From: Dimorphilus gyrociliatus | Lineage: Eukaryota; Animalia; Annelida | Assembly: GCA_904063045.1 (NCBI GenBank) | Contig: CAJFCJ010000009.1 | Coordinates: 1,488,968-1,552,967 of the forward strand | Length of the DNA: 64,000 nt | Direction: 5' to 3' | Made by a program: the position numbers and the translations under genes | The notes under the pieces: model-generated | Seen by the model: only the letters and a program-made list of their open reading frames with translations | Database searches by the model: none | What the model was told of the DNA's origin: nothing | In this document: piece after piece, positions 12,150-23,030 of the stretch | Layout: every line of letters starts with the position of its first letter | How positions within the stretch are numbered: the stretch's first letter is position 1

Positions 12150-12911
12150 TTAATGAAGATCTCGTCGGCTTTTGGGCCGAATTTTTGTATATACATAGTT
12201 ATTATTGTTGATTTGTTTGTTAAAAGAAACCATTTTTTCTGGAGAACTTAGACTTTTAAATTTACGAGATAAGTAGTTACCCATCCATTTATGTGGTGGT
12301 AGGTAATGACTTTTTACTTCGTCTTCATCAACAAATAAACCACATGCTCTTAGTTTTTCATCATCGTTCATTTGCTCGAGGCGTCTAATTTGGCTTTTGC
12401 TTTCATTCTTAATAGCGTTTAACTGTTGGTAATAATCCGGTCGACGTTTGTTATTCACGTTAATTCGGTCATCCGTTTGTTTGGCTATTTGCTTACGAAT
12501 AAGTAATTTCCTTCTAGCCGCTATCAATGTATCCGCTGTTATCGCATTAACGTTTTGTTGGAGGGTAGAATGGGCGTAATTTAGGCATAATGAACAACCT
12601 ATTTCTTCCGGTTTCCTAGGATTAAGTAAATACACTCTTCTATCTGGTCTCGCAGTTCTATTCTCTAGTATTTTACGCCGAATTTCCGATTCCGTCCCAC
12701 TCCGAGGCTTTTTCATCAATTTTACAACAAAGTCAGCTAATCTCGGTACATCATCATCGGCCTTCCATAAACTGCCTCGACGTGCCGGAAATTGGGAGCC
12801 TCTGTTTGCTAATAACTGTTCTATTTTCGAATCATTCAACTTAGATTTCGCGGAAAATTCAACGGCCTTCCTAGCAGCTGATTCCCAGTTCTTTCGTTGA
12901 ATAAATTCCAT
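12150..12911 (-). CDS. Uncharacterised basic protein, about 253 aa, single coding exon
   Basis: Long ORF; first ATG at 12911 (the track start is a GTG overlapping a splice-acceptor-like ttttaag). Arg/Lys rich, one CxxC (GCSLC). No family recognised. Confidence 0.7.
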   Translation of the reverse strand: MEFIQRKNWESAARKAVEFSAKSKLNDSKIEQLLANRGSQFPARRGSLWKADDDVPRLADFVVKLMKKPRSGTESEIRRKILENRTARPDRRVYLLNPRKPEEIGCSLCLNYAHSTLQQNVNAITADTLIAARRKLLIRKQIAKQTDDRINVNNKRRPDYYQQLNAIKNESKSQIRRLEQMNDDEKLRACGLFVDEDEVKSHYLPPHKWMGNYLSRKFKSLSSPEKMVSFNKQINNNNYVYTKIRPKSRRDLH

Positions 12912-14219
12912 ATTTTTCACTTAAAATGATACTCTTCTATATTTCTTTTTACTTTATTACTTTTCAAACTTGTTTATTCTCGTCGCTTAACTCATAAACA
13001 GATAAGTGGCTGGTCGTTCATTCAAAGTGAAAAGCAAAAGTAGGCCTATAAAAGGTTGTCAAGTTATAGCAGGTAGAAAAAAAGCTAGAAAGAAAGAGGG
13101 TGTGTATGTGTATGTTTGAGTGTATCTGCCGAAGGTGGTAAAGGGGGGTTAGAATAGGTGTTAATGTTGGCACGGTAATATCGATTAAAGATTGAGAGTA
13201 ATATAAGGCGTCACATGGTGAATTCAAGGTTTTCTTCATTATGGTCTATGAATCTATGTTCAAATATATACAAATATATATACTGTATATACTGTATATA
13301 TATATATATAGTATACACTATATATAGCGTTTTTTTTTCAAATATTGACCGCCATTTTTCTAAATTGAAAAAATATGTTTTTATAGATTTTTATAGTTTT
13401 AAATTAGGCTAAAACATTTTATCACTTATTATATAAAAATTAACATTTTTTTATTAACTAACAAGTTTATAAAGATTATAAAAAATCGTATAAAGTAATA
13501 ATTTTAACAGATAAAGAACAATATTTTATCATTCTATTGATCGATAATAGGTGATAAAAATAGCTCTTTTCTTCCTACATGTATCTATATTTATACAAGA
13601 TAGGTATATAGAGTATAAATGTATTTAGTGCATTTACTGTTTGTATATACTATATTGCTATATATATGAGCTGTTTAATAGCTGTTTACATCTAAAATGA
13701 ACTGGTTTCTTTTCTATATTAAAATCGGAGCGTTTTTGTTTACTCCAATAAAACATCGGAAGATTCTTTAGAATGGAAAGTAAAGTAGACTAGTAGAACT
13801 TTTGCCTTTAGCCAAAATAGCATCATTAACTGTCGCACTGAATCCTCTGTCAGATGAACTTTATCGCGTTACGTTGTTCTTCCTTTTTTTAATAGAAAAT
13901 TATTCGGTTATTAGGCCTAAGAGAAGGAAAGTGAGAAGTATGGAAATTTCTTTCTACGATAGTAGACATACATATACACACATAAACAGAAAGTAGTAAA
14001 GTGTTAAAGAGTGAGCGAGAGGGTGAGAGAGAAAATAGCGCTAGTTTCGATACGGTTCTTAGGCTTAATAACAATAGCATAGATACAACAATAAAGTAGT
14101 AAGGGAGTGAAAAGAGGGTTAAAACGCGACAATAGTTTACTGGCCAACAATAGACGGATGAATTGCTTTCTAATTCTATTGTTGCCTTCCAAGTTGAGGA
14201 GGAGGACGATTCGAAAAAT

Positions 14220-16040
14220 ATGGCGCTTTTTTTTGCAATGTTTTTGTTATTTGGTTTATTACAGGTTAATTGGTCGAAATTAACGGTTACGGCTCGAGTA
14301 GAATCACTGGACGTTTTCCTTTTCGATTCGGTCGATGTACGAACGTTCTTCGACGAAACGAGGCCAATTACGTTAAAACCTTCCACTCGACGTGAGAATG
14401 AAAGCGTTGCCATCGATTTTTCTACTTTTACTAAAGGCGTCGTGAGTTCGCATAGGCCTAGAACAGAAAGTGGATTTTCAACGACCGATGAATTATCCTT
14501 TAATAGTGTTACCTTTCCGCTAAATGATAATAGCCGACCAAGCAGTAAGTTTCCCGACGGAGAAATGGACGTCTCTAACAGCGTTAGCAGTGAGCGATGG
14601 TCAGTGTCTAGAGAAATTGACGTTCAGGGTCGCTCAACTACTAATGAATTGATTAGTGAAGCGAGCAGTTTTGTAACAAGTGGACAAACTACTTCTATGC
14701 CCGCATTAAACAGTATTACAGAATTGAAGACAGCTGAAACGCCCATTGCGACTAATAGGATGTTAATAAGTAATAAAGATAAAGTGACTTTCGTTTCTTC
14801 CAGTCACTCTGGAAACGAACACACAACTGGAAATTTTGTAGATGTCACTCATCACCAAACTCGAATAAAAACATCGGACACGCCAACTGCATTAAATACA
14901 AAAACTATAGATGATAAATCAATTGAGGATGGACTAAAAGATACAAGTACATCTGCCTTGAGTACACGAACTCATTTGACGGAGAAAGGAGACGACGACA
15001 TGGAAGAAAGCACGATGGACAATGTTTACGCAACAACTGACCTCAGTAGAATTAAAATGTCTTCTACTTTGAAAAATTCGATTACGACTACACGAAACGG
15101 AAGAGAGCCTAATAGCGATGGGAATACAAATTCTTCTCCGATCTCTTCTCACAGCTCTCTGAGCATTAGTAGTAAGAAAGATTTAGATAATTCTTATTCA
15201 ACAATATATAGGATAAGTCGGAAAGATTCTACTACTATTTCAGAATTGTTTCACAGCAGGAGTGGAGGCCTTTCAACTATATTTAGTGCGATCATGGGAA
15301 AAAAGGGGCGTTCCATTAATACAATTGAGAATTACAATCGAGAAGAAACCAGTACAGCGTTCAAAGATGAAAAAGAACGGGTATATTCGTCGAATTTCGA
15401 CGTTACCACAGAAACGCCTTTTATAGCTACAACTAATACAGACAAAAAGAGGATAAGTTCACTTGCAACGCTTGAAAATAATGGAATACCGTTTGTAAGT
15501 GACAAGAGCGTCTCCAGCAGTGTAACGCCTAACGAAGTGAACGTAAAACGTTCGTATACTGTAACAGACTCGGAGAAAATTAATGAAGAGAAAAACAAGC
15601 GTTACTCGACAGAAAAAGGAGATATAACGACGTCTATTACGTCAGATAATGTGAATATAAAGCGGTCTAGCGAGATGATAACAGTAAATGATGTAGAAAA
15701 AGACATAAATTCGACCTATATTAACTCTATATTTAACAGGGATAAAGAAGCATATAGTACAACGATTTTTTCTCGTTTAATAACGAAAATCATTCGTAAT
15801 CGGCCGTTAACAACCAAAGGTCTAACTACTTATCTCTTCGACAAACAAAAACAAACTAGCTATCCAAAAACAGGACAAAAACTAAAAACAAGCAAACATG
15901 TATCAAAGCCTATAACCGGGAATTCTCCATTCAAATTAAGTACTCATTTATTAGAGGTAGCAAGTAAGGTGTTTACTCAAAAGCCGTCAAGACTTTACAA
16001 TAGGCAAGAGACGCCAATAACGACACAAATCCCTGTGTAA
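14220..16040 (+). CDS. Secreted Ser/Thr-rich (mucin-like) protein, about 606 aa, intronless
   Basis: ATG at 14220 opens a signal peptide (MALFFAMFLLFGLLQVNWS) followed by a long low-complexity S/T-rich region. No Cys and no TM segment are seen in the mature part. Confidence 0.75.
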   Translation: MALFFAMFLLFGLLQVNWSKLTVTARVESLDVFLFDSVDVRTFFDETRPITLKPSTRRENESVAIDFSTFTKGVVSSHRPRTESGFSTTDELSFNSVTFPLNDNSRPSSKFPDGEMDVSNSVSSERWSVSREIDVQGRSTTNELISEASSFVTSGQTTSMPALNSITELKTAETPIATNRMLISNKDKVTFVSSSHSGNEHTTGNFVDVTHHQTRIKTSDTPTALNTKTIDDKSIEDGLKDTSTSALSTRTHLTEKGDDDMEESTMDNVYATTDLSRIKMSSTLKNSITTTRNGREPNSDGNTNSSPISSHSSLSISSKKDLDNSYSTIYRISRKDSTTISELFHSRSGGLSTIFSAIMGKKGRSINTIENYNREETSTAFKDEKERVYSSNFDVTTETPFIATTNTDKKRISSLATLENNGIPFVSDKSVSSSVTPNEVNVKRSYTVTDSEKINEEKNKRYSTEKGDITTSITSDNVNIKRSSEMITVNDVEKDINSTYINSIFNRDKEAYSTTIFSRLITKIIRNRPLTTKGLTTYLFDKQKQTSYPKTGQKLKTSKHVSKPITGNSPFKLSTHLLEVASKVFTQKPSRLYNRQETPITTQIPV

Positions 16041-16612
16041 GAAACATGCAAGGGTCACCTTTACGACGGTTATAAACATTACAAGGTTTCCTTAAGTGGA
16101 CTTTGTTTTCCTTCGCTTGTATATCAATATATATACTTGTAAATTCTGTATTATTTTGTATTATTACATATATTCACCAATATGTCTATCGTTTAAGTAC
16201 ATATACTGTATTTGTGTAATGTATATCTTGTTATATGTCTCAATTAATTGTAAAGAATACGATGAACTAAATAAACGCTTTGTTCATATAAATAGTCAAC
16301 AGGAAAGTTGATTGTACATATTAAGATTGAAGAAATTAGTACACGATGCATTTTAACGCTCGCGTTGAATAAAAGTACTATATGCGAGATATAGAATACT
16401 AATATACTCCTATATAATCAATCATCAACGATGCAATGGTACAAAATTGATATTGCCTTCCATTAGCTATATAGAGCAATTTTACCTTGTTACTTATGTA
16501 CGGTTATTTGAAATATGTTTATATTATTTACGTAATAGTACTAAAGTACATAGATACAGTTATACTGTATTTATATACTATATATCCTTTACCGAGAATA
16601 TAACATATACTA

Positions 16613-16636
16613 ATATATATATATATATATATATAT
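16613..16636. repeat. (AT)12 microsatellite
   Basis: Directly visible dinucleotide run. Confidence 0.9.
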
Positions 16637-17655
16637 GTCTACATTACATCTGTTTGTAATTCATTTATTCTGCTAGATTTCCCCCCCGGGTGGGGCTACC
16701 TCTTCTTTTTTTATTTTATTTTATTTCTTTTATTTACATTTTTAGGCCTATTTATATCAAAAGCAGATATCACCCGCCAACTGTTAAATCCGCTGATTAT
16801 AAGCTTATTGCCTACTCTATAAGGTTTCGCTCTTGATTAACTATCGCTTCATTTTTGTGATCGTTTCTCTACACGCTTTCTTTCTTAACCTCCTCGATTA
16901 CCTTTTTTTTCTGTACTCAATGCCTTTCCCCCCGTTTAACGTATCTTAATTTTTCTGTCCACCCTGTCCTTGCTTCTCTCCTATTTTTTTTATCTCTTTC
17001 GCTTTTCAAGTATATTATAACCTTATGATTTTCTTTTATCGGATAGAAGAAGAAGAAATTGTAAAATAAAAGAATGAAAAATTCCCTCTAGCAAAGCGTC
17101 TAATAAATAAGATTATAATTTTTTTGCAGTTGCGCTTTTTATTGATTACAGATCGTAGTTACGTGGCGAATGTAATTATTGTTAGTTTTCCCGCATACAG
17201 TGAGTTTGTTCATTCGATATATCCGTAACAGACCGTTATTAACTATTAATCAAGTTTATATATATGTATAAATACATATAGACTAATCTATTTTTCTTGC
17301 TCACTTTCATTCTTAGCCTGAAAGGATAAGCAATCTTCAGATATATGACTGGTCAACAACAATGTGCTTACGATTTATTGCCTGCAGGAACAACATTCAG
17401 CCACAACGAGGTTGAAAAATTAATGAAATGTACAGTTCTTCATATATTTTTCTTCTTTTTTTTCAATGTTATTTACCGTTTATGTACAAACCAATTTTTT
17501 TCTATAAATGTACATTTTGTAAAATATATATTCATCTTGGCATTTTTCTTGTTTGTAGACGGGAAAAATTATTTTGGCGTAAACAAGTCGGGGCTGTAGG
17601 CCTGTTCTGCATCGACTTATGCAGGTATTTAAAGAGACGAGGCGTCGATCGATAT

Positions 17656-18299
17656 TTAGGAATTCGTAGCGCACGAACGCGAGGGCGTTGAATACCTGCG
17701 CGATTGGCTAGTTTCTTCCATAATAGCTTCTAATCCTCGGTCTTCTTGTATCGACATACCTCGCCGACGGCGAGGAGTAATCGGCCTACTCTCCTCCATA
17801 TGGGGAGGGGGATTGCCAGCGATAGCTCCGACTGCTTCGCCTCTTTCATAAAGAGCTAATTCAGGTAAAGGAAGAGAGAGAGCTCTTTTTCTAAACCCAG
17901 TTTCAGCATTCTCTGCTTCGAGAAGTGGTCCCAAAGTTCTCCGAGGGCTAACAACTGCTGTAGGCCGAACTTCTAATGAACGTCTTGCTGCTCGTCTGGC
18001 TTTCCGTTCTGTTGTCGTTTCACCTTCACTCTCTTCTGAGCTATCACTATTTCGCCGCAATCTCGTTGGTGAAATAGCGCTTATCCTACCTGGCGCTGAT
18101 AATCGTCTTCCTCCTGCGCCAAGAATTGGTAATCCTAATAAACGAGTTGAAGTGACTAGTGAGTCAATCATTTGCTCTTCTTCAGCTAGTCGTTTATGAA
18201 GAGGTTTCAGATGACGAGGAGACTTTTTCTCCTCTTCTTCATCGTCCGCCTCGACAAGAACGACCGGCGCCTCTTTGCGACCGTCCGTCATATCGCGCA
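17656..18299 (-). CDS. 213-codon disordered ORF: alternative terminal exon of DENND1 or a separate small gene
   Basis: GC-richer coding-like ORF preceded by acceptor-like ..caatgcag (AG at 18301-18300); internal ATG at 18291; many RRxS motifs. Confidence 0.6.
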
Positions 18300-18408
18300 C
18301 TGCATTGATTGCGGAAACTGTTGCTTTTTAGTCTACACTAGCGACACCTATCTATCGTATATTTCAACTGTATTATGGAAATTAATACTGCACAGATCAA
18401 GTGATTGT

Positions 18409-21400
18409 TTATTCGAATGTCACCCAACTATCCCTACAGTTTTTTTCACTTTGACTATTTCTGGATCTAGGAGGGGGCACTGGTAGATTTTCATATGGCT
18501 GAGGTGCTGGAGCTGTATTTGAGAAATTCCAATCAATTTCGTGAACTGCCATTCTTGACTGCGACGACGCTTGCATGTCGGGCGTGATATCAGTGCGTTG
18601 TATCGAAGTTGGAGCTGTCTGCAGGCGAATAGTTCTAGGCGAAGGAACAGGGGCGACTAACTGTTGCTGATGTAAAGGAATATCTCTTCTTGGTGAGGGC
18701 ACTTGATGGGCAGAGTCAGATTTTGCACTTATAACATCTTCCCAGCCCATCATTAAGTTAACGTCGTTGTTAATGAATACCGAGTCCCTACCTGCAGCTT
18801 GTGGCAAGCCGTTAGAGAGTGCCTCGTTGAAATCTAGATCAAGAAGATCACCAGCTGATTGAGAATTGGTTTTCTCAACAAGATCTTCGTTGTCAGAGGA
18901 ATCGGTGTTGACTGATTCCAAAGTTTGTATAATATGATCTAGAGTATTGGAATTGGTTGCCTTTGAAGGGCTTTCATCCACCAAACACTCCACACTGTTA
19001 TGACGTATTAGTTTAGGATTTCCACACAATTCATTTATTTTCGGGTCCCCAAGTAAAGTATCCTCCTGTAACAGCTGGAACTTTTTTTCAAAATCTGACA
19101 ATTCCTCCTCATCAAAAGAGTCAACGTCTAATTCCTTATAATTTCGTATTGGTTGCGAGTATTTCCTGCATGAGAGAACACGAAATTTGATATTGTTAAT
19201 ATTAACTTTGGTAAGAAAGACTACTTACGTTGTATCAGCTCGGTTTCTCGGTCTTGGCTTCTGGAGTAAAATATATAACTTTGTTTTACTAAATTTGAAA
19301 TCTAATAGCATTGTTTGTTAATTAGATAACGGGTTGAATGCGTTTCTAGAGATAAATATTGATTCTGATTGTCGGGTACTCAGGTAAATCTTTCAGATAT
19401 TATAAAAAGCAAGAAATCAGAGAGAAGCTTAGCAATACTACAGCAAAAATTTATCCTTCTCACCCTTATCGTTGTCAAAGGCTGCCTGAGTGATATTTGT
19501 CTCTGTAACCGCGTTCTTTCGCCCTGATTCTTTGTAGTATTGTAACAGAATATTTCATTAAGCAAGAAAGAAGATACATGCTTCAAGACGTAATGTATAA
19601 ATATTGATAAATAAGTTCTTAGAAGACTAGAAGAATAGTAAACGACTATATATATACATATATGTTTATATATAGTATTACGAGTGGCCCGAAATACATT
19701 TTTCCTTTTGTTATTTTCCTATTTCATTACTTACGATTATTATAGAAAAATTATAGGTTGCTATCTGTTAGAAAATTGTTTGCGAAGAATACAGAAGATC
19801 AAATCAAATTTTTAAGAGATTAGAAAAATTCCAGCTGTGAGAATAGTTAATAAATATCCTAGTTACCTTAGTCCCGTTTCTTAGTGCTTCAAGAACTCCT
19901 TTTCCGGATTGTTTCGCCTGAAAGGAGATAAATATGCGTGAAATTCACTTAGTTGTATAGTTTATTAAATAAGTTAGCACACTTTTAAGGCTAGGAATTC
20001 TAATTTTTCTTTCCGCCTTTGGCCGGATATCTGGAAAATTAATCGTTTTTAGCAAATTTTCACAGAAGATAAATCAACTGTGATTCTTACAAGAATGATT
20101 ACGTAAAAGGCAACTTGCTAAATTGTAAACGTACGTGATAGGGTTCAATTATACATCTTGTTAAGGTAATGTAACGCTCTTGTTAGAGGAAATTAATTTG
20201 CTTAAAAATCTTTATCAGGGACGTTCAAGGAAATGACTTTTGTCTTTAGTAAACTAAATGCTAAGTATTTTATTACATTACAATTTTTTCCAGACAAAAA
20301 TATTCTAATTAGATAGATGTCGTTTACGTTTACTCTTCACTTATTTACTTGAGAAACTAGATATTTTAGAAGAGAGATAAAGAACAAAATTTGAAATTAT
20401 AAACACGTGCTTAAGCAAATGGTCAAAATAACTAAAATCCCTTAGATATACCTTTAAATTTTCCAGTTTAATTATTTGCCTATTATTGTACTCCATTAGT
20501 GCAGTATCAAATTCTCGGTACTTCTCCCTAACCATAGAAAAATCGGCTGTTTGGCCTTGTTCCAAATCTCTACGAAATTGTTCAAACATCTGCTCCAAAT
20601 ATTAGAATTAGATATTTCAAATATTTTTACGCTTTAGCACAAAACCTGAGTTTCCCATAATCTTATTAAACATTTTCTATTTTTAGATGATGAATTTTTT
20701 AAAAAAGCATCCTTGTCTAACGTCACGTGATTCTTGTTAGTAACTGCATCTTGGTTATTCTTGAGACCCAAATGATATTTACCTACCACCAACAGAGTGT
20801 AAATTATTTATTTTTGTATAGCAATTAACTTTAATGTTAAGCATGTAAGAGTATTAAATCAAATCTTAAGATTATAATTATCAATTACTAATTAATTGGA
20901 TGATGAACATCATAAAAGCTTTTGCAACATTGTTTCCGTCAGTTTTCGATTGTAATTTATCTTTTAGCTCTTTCACCTGTAGATGTTTATACACATTTGT
21001 AAAGAACGTAAGCATAGTAAAATAAACACAACACGAATAGCGTGCTTCTTACTCACAGATTTTGACGGCATTTCATTGACGTCTTCAAAGGATGTCACAA
21101 CTTGATTTTCGTGATGTTCTTTATCTAAATATACAACGACAGCATCAGATAAGTTCATTTCGGCCTTGTTAGCAAGCTTTGATGAATAAGTTGAAAATTT
21201 AAAATAAAATTAAATAAAGTAAAGGTCAAGCTCGAGTATATACTTCAAATGTTTCGTTTGATAAACCAATCATTAAGGGCATTGTAGCCATAGTGTAATC
21301 CAATAACGAGGGAGGTAGAATAGGGATGAACATGTGCTGCCTATATTTTTAAAAATATTTTCAAAGATATAATATTTAAAAAAAAATAATACCAACCAAA

Positions 21401-22598
21401 TAAACGGATAAACCAGATTGGAAGCCATCAACATACACGATGTTAATTTACTTAATCGTTTACTGATAAAAAATATGCGCCTCTCGTTGAGCATACTATC
21501 AAAAAGAAGTATTTCTTGTTTTTTTTTTTCGCAAATGGAATTTCATTGAAAATTTCTATTCACCTTGCAAATAGACGAATTAAACTGAATGGAGATAAGG
21601 AGCATACTAGTTCCCCCAAATTAGTCTACAAAAAATAAATTTCCTTTATAATTTAAAAAAAAATTGCTTTAATAGAAGAGGAAACTTACGTCATCTGGTA
21701 ATTTAGGTAGACTCCAAACTTGTGGCAGTTTATGGTTAAACTAATGAAGAATAAATTAAATTAAAATCTTTAATGCGAATAATAAAAATACTCTAACAAT
21801 GTTTAAATCTGGCAGGTCAAAGGTTGTAGGATATTTTGGGAATGAAGGCTTATAATTATACATTTGGTCCAGAGCATTTTCTATCTCAATTTCAGAAGAT
21901 TTTTCAGCAATCTTGTGAAGAATGCTGGTAAATAACTTAAAATATGGCAGGTATCTAAAGGTTAAAGAGTTACTTTGTGTATTAATTTGAGAGGTGAATA
22001 ATAAATAAAAATCATACGTTAAAACACATAAAATATATCGAGAGTTCGGAGAATGTCGACAGAAACCGTATCTTTTATATGATTCTGCATCAGTTAGAAC
22101 AAATACGAATACTTCAATTTCAGAAGGTTTCCTTTAATGTGACATAATACCTCAGAATGTAACAAATCTAGAATTTAAAAACTTACTGCGAATTAGGACA
22201 ACAAAATTTTGGAAGATTAGCTAGAACATCTCGAACATCATAATTTTTTGGATACTTGTAGCAAAGTGAATTTGTTGAATCTGTATATTAACAAATCAAT
22301 TAGTAGGTAAACTTAATTATAACTTTTTTTATAGTCATATCACAGCCATATTTTGGCGGAACATTTAATTAATTATAAGTTTATAGAACATGCAATTTAC
22401 CTGGGCTTTGTTCTCGGTCTATTTTAGCAAATAGATCAAAAAATGTATCCGGATTCGGTCTGGAAAAATAAAGAAATAATGGGCGTAATATGACACGGAA
22501 ATTTAGATTGTATTTTTTTGAAATATTTCATAAAATACATATAATTTTAAAACACCTAGTAAGACAACACAAAGATTTTACCTTAATCTTAGCGGCAT
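18409..22598 (-). CDS. DENND1: DENN domain protein 1 (connecdenn, Rab35 GEF), multi-exon
   Basis: MPLRLRPNPDTFFDLF..YPKNYDVRDVLANLPKFCCP (uDENN), MLNERRIFFISKRLSKLTSC..WQHMFIPILPPSLLDY (cDENN), QMFEQF (dDENN). The tail has clathrin box LLDLD and C-terminal WVTFE*, like the WETFE AP-2 motif of connecdenn 1. Confidence 0.9.
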
Positions 22599-23030
22599 AT
22601 CTACGGCTTAAAGCAACACTCCAAAAATTAACCTTTAAAATAGATAAACGTTTTAGTAAAATATCATATGTTCTGAAAAATCCACCATGATAATTTTCGT
22701 AAATAACTATTTTAGAAATATTTATTCAAATTTCTTTTAAAATTAATAATAGGTATGGAAATATTTCGTTCGAAAACATTCTTAAAAATACTACTTCCGG
22801 TTTGAGAATACCATAAACATGAATGAAATTATACATTCGGATTTGGTATTTTTTTCTCATTTCATATTTTAAGTAAAATACCGTTTAATAATCTCGAATA
22901 TTTTATGAAGATGATTTAAAATAAAACCATTTGTTGTTTCTGGTGCTTTTTGTTTTATATGTCAAAGTGGTATTTTCGAAGAAATGGGTTAATTTAAAAA
23001 CCGAAATTACCGGAGGATTAGCATATCGTT

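Noticed and set aside
13889-14413. 174-aa minus ORF and other antisense track ORFs (539-847, 4111-4522, 14934-15598, 24665-26012, 40566-40802)
   Set aside because: Shadow frames of well-supported genes on the opposite strand.
15430-15680. Neuropeptide precursor reading of the S/T-rich protein
   Set aside because: Dibasic sites do not flank similar peptides, and there are no G-K/R amidation signals.
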